The position numbers and the translations under genes are program-made. The notes beneath the pieces are model-generated. The model did not search any database, had not been told where the DNA came from, and saw only the letters and a list, made by a program, of their open reading frames with translations. DNA of 64,000 nucleotides from Candidatus Hodarchaeota archaeon (GTDB taxonomy: Archaea; Asgardarchaeota; Lokiarchaeia; Sigyniarchaeales; SOKP01): assembly GCA_048887225.1 (NCBI GenBank), contig JBHLJY010000003.1, positions 96,001 to 160,000 on the forward strand, written 5' to 3'. Each line of letters begins with the position of its first letter. The stretch's first letter is position 1. This document shows, piece after piece, positions 29,654-39,166 of this stretch.

Positions 29654-31564
29654 TTGAGTTATGAAAGTGAATTACAAAGAATCAAGCAAGAAATAATTCA
29701 AAACCTACCTAAGGAAATAAACGTTAAAAATATTGAATTTGAGGGCCCTGAAATCGCAGTGTACTCCGAGAATTCAGATTTAAGCATTACTGATAACTCA
29801 AATGTTTTAAAAGATTTAGCAAAGTTAATGAGAAAAAGAGTTGTTTTTCGCTGGAATGTTGATAAAAGAATGGAACCAAGCGAAACTGAAGAATATATAA
29901 GAAGTCTTGTTGGAGAGGAAGCAGAAATTTCTGCTATTGAATTCGATCATACGAGAGGTGAAGTCATAATAGAGTCTTTAAAACCTGGGTTAGTTATCGG
30001 TAAAAAAGGAGTTAATTTAAAAGAAATACGGGCTAATACATTTTGGCAACCAAAAACAATTCGAACGCCTCCATTAACGTCAAGGACTATTCAGTTGATT
30101 AGAGGCATGCTTAAGAAGGAGCGTGGTCATCAGAAGGAAGTTCTTCTTAAGATTGGGAAAAGAATACATCGTCCAACACTTTTTAACGATTTAAGCATAA
30201 GAATGACTTCTTTAGGAGGATTTAGAGAAGTCGGTAGATCATGTATATTGATGCAAACAAAAGATAGTGACGTCTTAATTGATTGTGGATTAAATGTCGG
30301 CAATCCTAACGAAAGTTTCCCGTTCTTCGATATTCGAGAGTTTTCATTAAGAGATTTAGATGCTGTAATTATATCTCATGCACATTTAGATCACTGTGGA
30401 CTAGTTCCATTTCTCTTCAAATATGGTTATAAAGGCCCCGTATATTCTACATTGCCTACAAGGAATTTATCTACTATGTTACAATTGGATTATATTCAAA
30501 TTTGCGAAAAGGAAGGAATCTACCCTCCATATTCAAAAAGGGATGTGAAGACAACAGTCTTACATACCATCCCTCTATCATGGGGAAAAGTAACTGATAT
30601 AGCTCCAGATATTAAATTAACACTTCACAATTCTGGACATATATTAGGTTCTTCTTTAGTACATTTACATTTTGGAAAGGGAGGATATAATTTTGTTTAT
30701 ACAGGTGATTTTAAATTTCAGAAAACAAGACTCCTTGAAAAAGCTGCGGTTAAATTCCCTAGAGTTGAAAGCTTGCTTATTGAAGCCACTTATGGTGGCC
30801 CACAAGATCGAATCCCAAGTCGACATGAATCAGAGAAAGAACTTAAACAAATCTTAACTACAACGATTAAAAAAGGAGGGAAAATTTTAATACCAGTTTT
30901 AGCTGTAGGCAGAGCTCAAGAATTAATTATAATTTTAGAAGAATTAATATCTAAAGGTATTATAGAAAAAGTCCCAATATTTCTTGATGGATTAATTAGT
31001 GAAGCTACAGCAATACATACTGCTAATCCTGATTTTCTTAGTAGTGATCTCAGAGAAAAGATTTTACATCAAGGAAAAAATCCATTTTTATCTGATTTTT
31101 TCACTACTGTAGCTTCCCACGAAGAAAGGTTAGATATTATTAAGGGCGGACCGTGTATTATCATGGCAACAAGTGGAATGCTCATTGGAGGGCCTTCAGT
31201 TCAGTACCTAAAAGGGCTCGCAAACGATAACACTAATTCGCTAATTTTTGTATCTTATCAAGTAGCTGGCACGCTAGGAAATAGAATTCAAAGAGGTTTT
31301 AAAGAATTTCAATATGTAGATGCAAAAGGAAGAACTCAACTAGTAAAATTAAATTTAAAGGTATTCACACTCGAGGGATTCAGTGGTCATAGTTCACGTA
31401 GTCAAATTTCTCAATTTTTAAGAAGGATTCAGCCTAGGCCGAAATTAGTTATCACAAATCACGGAGAAGCTACAAAGTGTGTAAGTCTATCAACCATGAT
31501 TCACAAGAAACTAAGGAAAGCAACCAAGGCTCCACAAAACCGAGAGACGATTCTATTGAAATAA
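29654..31564 (+). CDS. fttA: beta-CASP ribonuclease aCPSF1 / transcription termination factor FttA
   Basis: N-terminal KH domains (FEGPEI, KPGLVIGKKG), HAHLDH, GHILGS, GFSGHS, NHGE. Confidence 0.95.
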   Translation: MSYESELQRIKQEIIQNLPKEINVKNIEFEGPEIAVYSENSDLSITDNSNVLKDLAKLMRKRVVFRWNVDKRMEPSETEEYIRSLVGEEAEISAIEFDHTRGEVIIESLKPGLVIGKKGVNLKEIRANTFWQPKTIRTPPLTSRTIQLIRGMLKKERGHQKEVLLKIGKRIHRPTLFNDLSIRMTSLGGFREVGRSCILMQTKDSDVLIDCGLNVGNPNESFPFFDIREFSLRDLDAVIISHAHLDHCGLVPFLFKYGYKGPVYSTLPTRNLSTMLQLDYIQICEKEGIYPPYSKRDVKTTVLHTIPLSWGKVTDIAPDIKLTLHNSGHILGSSLVHLHFGKGGYNFVYTGDFKFQKTRLLEKAAVKFPRVESLLIEATYGGPQDRIPSRHESEKELKQILTTTIKKGGKILIPVLAVGRAQELIIILEELISKGIIEKVPIFLDGLISEATAIHTANPDFLSSDLREKILHQGKNPFLSDFFTTVASHEERLDIIKGGPCIIMATSGMLIGGPSVQYLKGLANDNTNSLIFVSYQVAGTLGNRIQRGFKEFQYVDAKGRTQLVKLNLKVFTLEGFSGHSSRSQISQFLRRIQPRPKLVITNHGEATKCVSLSTMIHKKLRKATKAPQNRETILLK

Positions 31565-31652
31565 ATACTCTATTTCTTTTTAGAAAACTAATTTTTTTTA
31601 AAAAGCAATTATTTTTAGAATTATCAAAAAGACTATCCCTAAGTGGTATTTT

Positions 31653-32603
31653 TTGAGTAAAATAGTATCTAAACTAGCATCTAATAAAACTACTATAGTT
31701 AGGCGAATCGTTCAGATTTCTGCATTTCTTTTTATAAATTATGTTATAATTGAGATCATTTTTTCAATTAATTTGAAAAGTTTTGAAGTTTTAGTAAAAG
31801 CTCTTCCGATTTTAAACTCACCCCGTAACCCACTTTCAAAAGGAGCAGGACTTGTAGAATACTTATTCCATTCTTTTGCGGAAGGAAAATTTCCATTTTT
31901 AATTTTGGCTATATTTATATTATTTATTTTGTTTACAAGTAGATTTTTTTGTGGGTGGATTTGCCCTGTGGGAACTATCCAAGATGGTTTATCCACACTT
32001 CGCTCTGAAAATAAAACAGTTAGGATGGAGACACATAATGCTTTCCTGAAATTGAAATTTATGATTGTTATATTATTATTGATCATTATTGTCCCTTTAG
32101 GAGTATCTAAAACTACTGACATCGTATTTCATAGAAATTATAAAAAAAATCTAGGGCCTTGGGCAACCCAAGCTGTAGGATTCTTTTCATTATCAGAATA
32201 TATTTTTGTCTTTTTTCCGAATTTAATGACTGAAATATTTGAAAATTGGGAAGAGGCTGCGTTAGCACCACTTTTTTCTGATTTTTGGGTTTTCTTTTTT
32301 TTTCTTTTCTATCTAATTGTTATATTATGCGCAATATTTTATCCACGATTCTATTGCAGATATTTATGCCCATTTGGCGCTATAGCCTCCACAGTGAGCG
32401 AATATTCTTTTCTGAAATTATCAAGAAGTCCCGTTCGATGTGTTGGCAGAGCAGATTGCGGCATTTGCGAAAGGAAATGCCCAAAACAGATAAGAATCTT
32501 AGATGAGCCTTTTGAATTTTTTACTGGTAATGGAGAGTGTAATTTTTGCTTAAAATGCAAAGAATCTTGTCCTTATGATGCAATAGGTATAAGATTTTTT
32601 TAA
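31653..32603 (+). CDS. NapH/MauN-like 4Fe-4S membrane protein
   Basis: RFFCGWICPVG, RFYCRYLCPFGA, C-terminal ferredoxin Cys motifs. Confidence 0.85.
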   Translation: MSKIVSKLASNKTTIVRRIVQISAFLFINYVIIEIIFSINLKSFEVLVKALPILNSPRNPLSKGAGLVEYLFHSFAEGKFPFLILAIFILFILFTSRFFCGWICPVGTIQDGLSTLRSENKTVRMETHNAFLKLKFMIVILLLIIIVPLGVSKTTDIVFHRNYKKNLGPWATQAVGFFSLSEYIFVFFPNLMTEIFENWEEAALAPLFSDFWVFFFFLFYLIVILCAIFYPRFYCRYLCPFGAIASTVSEYSFLKLSRSPVRCVGRADCGICERKCPKQIRILDEPFEFFTGNGECNFCLKCKESCPYDAIGIRFF

Positions 32604-32673
32604 TATGTTGCGAATATTTTATTATTGCTTATTTTATTTATTTATATAACGAACAAAGGGCTTATTTTATATT

Positions 32674-33888
32674 ATGGATCCCAACAGGATAGAACAATTA
32701 CGATTGCGTTTGAGAAAGGATAGCGATATTGGAATCCATGGAATATTAGATTCGCAAGCTGTAAGATATTATAAAGAAGAAGTAAATAATAAAAATTATT
32801 CTGATCTTAGATCTCCTTTTTTCAGAGATGTAGATCGAATTGTTCATTCGAAAGCTTACGCTCGATATATAGATAAAACTCAAGTGTTTTTTGATGTAAA
32901 TAACGCAAATATCACTCACCGATCTTTACACGTAATTATGGTATCAAGGATTAGCCGACAAATTGGGCGCGTCCTAAAACTAAATACAGATTTAATAGAA
33001 GCAATTGCTTTGGGACATGACATCGGACATTCTCCATTTGGGCATCTTGGTGAATCTATTCTAAATGAAATTAGCAAGAAATATAGTTTGGGAAGTTTTT
33101 TACATAATGCTCAGAGTATTCGATGGTTATCTTGTCTTGAAAAAAGATTTCCAACAAAACCAGCCAAAGGACTTAACCTCACTTTACAAGTTTTAGACGG
33201 AATTTTATGTCACGATGGTGAAATCAATGAACAAAAATTAAAACCAGTAAAAATCAATGGTAAAACTTGGGATGACCATTTCAGAGAATATAAAGATAGT
33301 TTTAATGAAAATAAAATCAAAAGAATTCCTATGTCATACGAAGCTATTGCTGTGAGATTTGCTGATGCTATTTCTTACATAGGAAAAGATATTGAAGACG
33401 CAATCTTGTTAAAATTCATAAAACGATCGGATATACCTGAAACTTGCAAGAAAATCCTTGGAGATACAAATCGAAAGATTATTAATACGTTAATAATGGA
33501 TCTTCTTAATTTTAGCTTAGATAATGACACTATTGGCTATAGTGAAAAAATATTTGAGACTTTGAAAGAATTAAAATCTTTTAATTATGAAAAAATATAT
33601 CTTAGACGAGATTTACTTAAAAAGCGGGAGTTAAAAAGCACTTTTGTAAATGAGTTAACTAAAAAATTTTTACTTATATTTGAAAAATGCCTTACCGATT
33701 TAGAAAAAGAAAATTACGACACGCCTATTTTTAAAGATCACATCGAGTATATCGATGACGATGATTATACAACTTATTTTAAACCTCTCAAAAAAGAAAA
33801 TAATTTGACTTTAATTGTTCGAGATTATATTGCGGGGATGAGCGACAACTACTTTAAAGAAATTTACGAGATACTTAGTAAAAGTTAA
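32674..33888 (+). CDS. dgt: HD-domain dGTP triphosphohydrolase-like protein
   Basis: RDVDRIVHS..KTQVF, HRSLH, GHDIGHSPFGHLGE, ADAISY, DYIAGMSD. Confidence 0.88.
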   Translation: MDPNRIEQLRLRLRKDSDIGIHGILDSQAVRYYKEEVNNKNYSDLRSPFFRDVDRIVHSKAYARYIDKTQVFFDVNNANITHRSLHVIMVSRISRQIGRVLKLNTDLIEAIALGHDIGHSPFGHLGESILNEISKKYSLGSFLHNAQSIRWLSCLEKRFPTKPAKGLNLTLQVLDGILCHDGEINEQKLKPVKINGKTWDDHFREYKDSFNENKIKRIPMSYEAIAVRFADAISYIGKDIEDAILLKFIKRSDIPETCKKILGDTNRKIINTLIMDLLNFSLDNDTIGYSEKIFETLKELKSFNYEKIYLRRDLLKKRELKSTFVNELTKKFLLIFEKCLTDLEKENYDTPIFKDHIEYIDDDDYTTYFKPLKKENNLTLIVRDYIAGMSDNYFKEIYEILSKS

Positions 33889-33983
33889 TTATTCTAAAGA
33901 ATTTCAAATATCTATTTTTATTACGCCCTATAAAGCGAAATTTCAACCTTATCATATATATGTGATATTTTAATTTAAATAGG

Positions 33984-34163
33984 TGGATTACACACATGGA
34001 AGAAAAAAACAGGGTTTTTTTTCAGTCACGGGGTTTTTTACGCTTCATGAAGAAACGAATTTTTTTCAGTTATTTTACGGGGTTTTTAAAGAATTAGTTT
34101 TTTAACTGATTTTTTTTTTTAAATCCTCCATGATCAATTGTAAAATTGAATTTGTGTAATCCA
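33984..34163. repeat. 180-bp element bounded by 11-bp inverted repeats with internal direct repeats
   Basis: TGGATTACACA (33984-33994) / TGTGTAATCCA (34153-34163); two copies of TTTTTTCAGT..ACGGGGTTTTT. Confidence 0.6.
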
Positions 34164-34276
34164 TGTAATTATATGATCTTCTTCAATAAAAATTTATCTA
34201 ATCATTATATTCAAATTCAATTTTGTACGTGAAAGAAAAACTTTTTAGAAAGATTGGATTATAATTACCTAGCTTT

Positions 34277-34349
34277 AGCCCAGTGGTGTAGCGGTCAAGC
34301 ATCGGGGGCCCTGAACCCCTGGACCACGGTTCGAATCCGTGCTGGGCTA
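34277..34349 (+). tRNA. tRNA-Gln(CTG)
   Basis: A1-U72 acceptor AGCCCAG/CTGGGCT, anticodon loop CC-CTG-AA, GTTCGAAT T-loop. Confidence 0.9.
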
Positions 34350-34579
34350 TTTTATTAATCATATTTTAAGAGTTTCATTGTTTTTTAGCTTGTACGTTTA
34401 ATTATATGATATTCAAATTGAGTTTATACAGGTAGGGAGATTTTCCCAATTTCTAATTTTGTCCACGCGTTCCAGAATTCAGATACCTTTTTCCCTCTAA
34501 AATTGATTTATCGCAATTAATTAGAATTAAGATCAAATTCAAACAAAAATAGAAATTTTCAAAAAATATTAGAATAAGT

Positions 34580-35005
34580 TTAGTTAATAATCAGATATCT
34601 AAAATTTTTAATTTCCTTTATACTATTTATCTCAACAACGATTTTATGGAATTCTTGAAGGCTTCCTTCAAAAACAATAAAGATTGTTATGTGAGGGTTA
34701 TTAGGGTAAAATTGTTGATTTTTACTTACAATCTGATCGTTATAACTATTTTCAATTTTATTTAATTTTTTTAGAATATTTGTATCGTTAGGTGTGACAA
34801 TAATCATATTTCCGATAATTCTTTTAGTTATTGGAGTAAAGAAATCGCTCGTAGCAATGTCCATGCTTGAAAAGTCGGGACTTTGCTGTAATCGCAATAA
34901 GGCATCCCTAATGAGTTTAGATTTGTTTTTGTATTTATTTTTTGAAACCAGTTTATCTAAAAACTTTTTTAGGTTCTCATTAATCGATATACTAATTATC
35001 GGAAT
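34580..35005 (-). CDS. NikR-like ribbon-helix-helix + ACT regulator
   Basis: PIISISINENL...LD.LV...YKNKSKLIRDAL RHH followed by an ACT-like domain; ATT 35005 after AGGTG, or TTG 35029 per ORF track. Confidence 0.75.
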   Translation of the reverse strand: MPIISISINENLKKFLDKLVSKNKYKNKSKLIRDALLRLQQSPDFSSMDIATSDFFTPITKRIIGNMIIVTPNDTNILKKLNKIENSYNDQIVSKNQQFYPNNPHITIFIVFEGSLQEFHKIVVEINSIKEIKNFRYLIIN

Positions 35006-35088
35006 TAAAAGCACCTTTTTCTTAATCAATATACCCTTATTTTATATATTATTAGATGTCAAAATATATATATTTATTGGTAGATATT

Positions 35089-37461
35089 TTAAATCTTTAA
35101 AGACCTCGCAATAACATTTCTGAAATTTTCTACATCATTAACTAACTTATCAGCGTCCTCATCACTAATATTATCATCTTTCTCATATTTATTTAATGTC
35201 GTAAGCCAGAACTCAATCCTACCCAGCACTGGACTATCATCTCCAATTATTTTTCTCAACCGTATAAATGTATCATGAAGTTTTGTCCTAATATTTTGAG
35301 CTTTCCATCTTAGCATACAGTAATCAGAAACTTCTGCGAGATTCTGTGTTATGGCCATGATATCTAGGGTTTTCCCTCGTTCCTCACTTTTTATCTTACG
35401 TATAATCTCGATTTGTTCAAACAATAACTCTATTACTTTTGCAAGAAACCCTGTTAGCTGCCCTGGATTTGCGCACCACACTCTTATTTCTAAAGATTGA
35501 CTTGTTGCTGAAACATATACTCTTATAATTATTCGACCACCAGTCACCTTTGCTTCACTACAGAACCAAGCTTCTGCTTCATAATTCTTTTCTGTATCTC
35601 CTCCTTCATGAGAAGTGACCATACTTGTTTCAAAATTCTTTAGAGTCCTTATACCAGCTCTATAAGCTAACCTTGGGTCTAAATCGGCAATTAAAAAAGC
35701 CCTAGCGTCATTAGGGAGATCTTGAATAGATAATTGACAGTCCTCTATAGTAGTTAAAGAGGCACAAACTAGAGGGCACTTAATCTGAACCTCTTTTTTT
35801 CTCAAGAGAATTGTCTTTTGCTCTCCTATGGCGTTTTTATATATAACTGTGCCTGCTATATTAGAGATACCACACTCTCGTGGTTCTAAATAAAAGTCTA
35901 CTCCTCTTGAGTTATTTGATTCTATGACTGGAATAGTAATCAGAGGTTGTTTTAAGGAGTAACTAGAAGGAGCATCTAATACAACCTTTACGTTATTTAT
36001 TGCCATATCACTATGATTTCTCACGACTATTTTAAAATGTAATTGACCCCCTACAAAATCATAATCTCTTAATACCTCAATTTTTCCTTCATCCGTTGGT
36101 TTGATTTTTTCTTTTGCAACTTGAACAGCCTTCTTAGGGACTATTGGAACTTCGTAAGCTACCAACATCTTCTTTGAGGAGTCAATATATCCATCTATCT
36201 CTCCTTTTCCGATTAATATTGCTAAAGTCTCTTCAATACTCGCCTCTGTTACTCCCAATCTATTTACTAATTCTCTCAATCTTAAATTTCTATACGCTCT
36301 CGCGAGTTCTTTTAGTTTTGTCTCAAGATGGTTCGTTGTCATGAATTCTCTTCGTTGAGTAAATATTCCTGATATATTACCACTTTTTATCATTTCGTGG
36401 AGGCTTTTCCTACTTAATTCCACGGCAATATTCTGTTTTTCAGCTAGTTTATTAAGTTTAAATACACCCATATCTTTAGCATATTTTTTAATCTCTTTAT
36501 AAATTTGATTTGAAGTGATTATCTCTTTACCTCGATCAGCAAAATATCCGTCAATTGCCTTAGCACTCATTATGTTGCGACAAAAATTCTTAATTAGCTC
36601 AGGAACTATATTAAAGTTCTTTGCGAGTTCAATTATGGATACTCGGCCTTTTTTATTAATAGTTTTTATAAGATTGTCTGTAATATATTTTTGAGTATAA
36701 TAGAATTTTTTATCTTTTGAAAAAGATCCTTTAACTTGGTATTGACTGATTTGTTTATATATTACCTTAAGAGCCATCTCTACACTCATATCCAGCATAA
36801 TCGCCAAATCTTCAACCTTTATAATACCCTCTTTCTGAATTTTTGATACTAATTGTTTCCGCATCTCAGGAGATATATAATAAAAAATTCGATTTGTGGA
36901 ATCTATGATTCCATATATTTGCTCTTCTTCGTTATATTTCTTAATTAATTTTACCAATTGTTCTGCTGAGATGTGAAACGCATCCATTATTGAACTAAAA
37001 TTCGTAGTAGAGGCTCTCTTTAAAAGATCTAAGAAACATTTAGGGCAAATCTCCTTTCCAATATTATGTTTTAATTTTTTATTACACTTTGAAGAAGTTT
37101 TAATAAGGTTGTAGCGTCGAGCTTCTTTTTTTAATTGTTCTTCAGAAGGAAAAAAAATTCCGGGCGTTTTAAGATATGAATTCCAAGCATCCTTTGGATT
37201 TATACATTGCAAATAGTATTGACCAGAAGATAATTGCTCGATTCTTAAAAGAGAACCGCATTCTGGGCAAGAACTATCTTCCATAACTGTACATTTATAA
37301 TTCAACTCTGCTGCTTTCGCTTTTGAGTATTCAAGATTATGTCTTTTACACTCCCATAACTCTGTTGTAGCAGTATGATTAATACAAAAGCTTGATTTAC
37401 ATTTTTCGCATTTAAAGTCAATTTGTGAATTATCACAAATTAAGCATTTTTTTGCTGTCAT
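35089..37461 (-). CDS. multidomain protein: Zn fingers + tandem winged-helix (PCI/UFL1/DDRGK-like) + Ig-like/platform appendage
   Basis: Several CxxC pairs at N-terminus; ~5 repeats of ..LA..L....G.I.G.; KIVVRNHS..INNVKVVL beta-sandwich. Confidence 0.7.
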   Translation of the reverse strand: MTAKKCLICDNSQIDFKCEKCKSSFCINHTATTELWECKRHNLEYSKAKAAELNYKCTVMEDSSCPECGSLLRIEQLSSGQYYLQCINPKDAWNSYLKTPGIFFPSEEQLKKEARRYNLIKTSSKCNKKLKHNIGKEICPKCFLDLLKRASTTNFSSIMDAFHISAEQLVKLIKKYNEEEQIYGIIDSTNRIFYYISPEMRKQLVSKIQKEGIIKVEDLAIMLDMSVEMALKVIYKQISQYQVKGSFSKDKKFYYTQKYITDNLIKTINKKGRVSIIELAKNFNIVPELIKNFCRNIMSAKAIDGYFADRGKEIITSNQIYKEIKKYAKDMGVFKLNKLAEKQNIAVELSRKSLHEMIKSGNISGIFTQRREFMTTNHLETKLKELARAYRNLRLRELVNRLGVTEASIEETLAILIGKGEIDGYIDSSKKMLVAYEVPIVPKKAVQVAKEKIKPTDEGKIEVLRDYDFVGGQLHFKIVVRNHSDMAINNVKVVLDAPSSYSLKQPLITIPVIESNNSRGVDFYLEPRECGISNIAGTVIYKNAIGEQKTILLRKKEVQIKCPLVCASLTTIEDCQLSIQDLPNDARAFLIADLDPRLAYRAGIRTLKNFETSMVTSHEGGDTEKNYEAEAWFCSEAKVTGGRIIIRVYVSATSQSLEIRVWCANPGQLTGFLAKVIELLFEQIEIIRKIKSEERGKTLDIMAITQNLAEVSDYCMLRWKAQNIRTKLHDTFIRLRKIIGDDSPVLGRIEFWLTTLNKYEKDDNISDEDADKLVNDVENFRNVIARSLKI

Positions 37462-37601
37462 AATTTATTTTTTTAATAATACAATATTATGGTTGAATTA
37501 TAAGATTTAAAAATATCCTACATAGTTTTTTATTATTTTAAGTCTATAATATTATAAAAAAATTCAAATTTAAATTCTTTACATAGTCCATTTTTTATTT
37601 T

Positions 37602-38345
37602 TTATCGCAACCTTTCCACAGGAAATATATGTATTCTTAAGAAGCTTAGAATCATAATAACAATATTGAAACCTATTATTATCAATAACATAATTATATA
37701 AATGGTATTTTTTCTTTTTTTCTTAGATTCTTCCATTTCCTTCGGAATAATGGTTTCAGCAGTTTGTTTAGCAAGTGCCAATGGGAATAAGCCTATAAAT
37801 GTCCCTAGGGAAAAATAAAATACTGTAAAAAAACCTTCTAACCACCCGTAACTTAAAGAAAAGATTAAACATTGAGAATATATGTATAATTCGAATAAAC
37901 ATGGGGGAAATCCCGCGAGGAGTCCGAAGATATAAGGTGTTCTTCGTTTATCCCAGTCCAAATTCATAATGCTGTCCTTGCGCTTAGAATGTGGTAAATA
38001 TTCTCTTCTTGTTATAAAAAATAAGAAGAAAATCGCTACAAATGTAGAAGAAAATGCTCCAAAAAAAGTTATAGTATAGGGATCTAAAACAATTGTGGGG
38101 AGGAAAATTAGCGGGATTAAACTAACTAGTATTGTTATGATTGCAATAGTTAAATTGGCAGTAATTAGGCCAAGACCATAGCTTATCAATATTAAGACGT
38201 TTCTTTTAGGTTCTTTTGAAATCCCAAATGACCAAAAACAAAAAATTGCCTTGTCTTCGCACGGCATAACAGTATGCAATAAACCTAATAGAAATGCAGG
38301 TAGGAAAATTATTAAATATTCTTGTAAAATAAGATATTGATACAT
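37602..38345 (-). CDS. NicO/RcnA/DsbD_2-like membrane transporter
   Basis: GLLHTVMPCED, GLLAGFPPC, FSLGT; ~6 TM. Confidence 0.6.
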   Translation of the reverse strand: MYQYLILQEYLIIFLPAFLLGLLHTVMPCEDKAIFCFWSFGISKEPKRNVLILISYGLGLITANLTIAIITILVSLIPLIFLPTIVLDPYTITFFGAFSSTFVAIFFLFFITRREYLPHSKRKDSIMNLDWDKRRTPYIFGLLAGFPPCLFELYIYSQCLIFSLSYGWLEGFFTVFYFSLGTFIGLFPLALAKQTAETIIPKEMEESKKKRKNTIYIIMLLIIIGFNIVIMILSFLRIHIFPVERLR

Positions 38346-38404
38346 TTTTTTTAGTTTTGTTAATTTTTAGTTAAATCAAATAAATTTTTCTGTATTCTGT
38401 GTAA

Positions 38405-39136
38405 TTACTTTAAATCATTATATTTAGCATTTTTGATTATTGAGGGAGAGAGTTTCTTTTCGTAAAAAGCTTTCCCAACAATAACTCCATGGACTCCAAT
38501 CTTTTTTAATTTTATAAGATCCTCTTCATTTCTGATTCCTCCCGCAATATAAATTGGAAGGTTTACTGAATTAACCATTTTTTCAATATTTTGGAGATCT
38601 GGACCTGTGAACGTACCATCAGCTTCTACTGAAGAAAAGAGGATATATCCTGCACCGAAATCAGCTATTTTTTTTCCAAATGTAAAAGGGTCTATATTAG
38701 TTTGTTTCGTCCACCCGTGCGTAGTTATTTTACCGCTTTTATAATCAAGTGCCACAATTATATGTTCTGAGCCAATTTCTTTAGCTAATTTTTCAATAAT
38801 CTCTGGATTTTTTATTGCAAGTGTACCAATAATAATGCGATTAGCACCAACTTCAAATAATTCAATAGCCATTTCATAACTTCTTATACCTCCGCCTATT
38901 TGAATTTTTACTATCTCTGAGGCTTTTATTATCATATTTTTTAATAGTTGTTTATTTATATCTGATCCCCATGCTCCGTCTAGATCTACGAAATGCAATC
39001 GCGGTGCCCCTTGGTTAATCCAAAAATCCAGAGCATCAATAGGATTCTCGTAATATATTTTTTCTGTTCCTTTTTTTCCCTTATACAATCTTACGCACTT
39101 ACCATTACTAATATCAATAGCAGGTATTATTTCTAT
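38405..39136 (-). CDS. hisA: ProFAR isomerase HisA
   Basis: LHFVDLDGA, QIGGGIR, ALD, DGT..GPD, AGGI. N-terminal EIIPAIDISNGKCVRL lies upstream of TTG 39088; inferred ATA start at 39136. Confidence 0.93.
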   Translation of the reverse strand: MEIIPAIDISNGKCVRLYKGKKGTEKIYYENPIDALDFWINQGAPRLHFVDLDGAWGSDINKQLLKNMIIKASEIVKIQIGGGIRSYEMAIELFEVGANRIIIGTLAIKNPEIIEKLAKEIGSEHIIVALDYKSGKITTHGWTKQTNIDPFTFGKKIADFGAGYILFSSVEADGTFTGPDLQNIEKMVNSVNLPIYIAGGIRNEEDLIKLKKIGVHGVIVGKAFYEKKLSPSIIKNAKYNDLK

Positions 39137-39166
39137 TTCATATCACCTTTCTTGCAAAAACTATCC

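Noticed and set aside
32674-33888. dGTPase as an antiviral defence gene
   Set aside because: Housekeeping context with no defence island
26236-34349. Integrated element between the two tRNAs
   Set aside because: No integrase or duplicated tRNA 3' end was seen; the enclosed genes are core functions
33900-34570. Replication origin or CRISPR array in the long intergenic region
   Set aside because: No cdc6/orc1 nearby, no clear ORB consensus, and no regularly spaced repeat-spacer units
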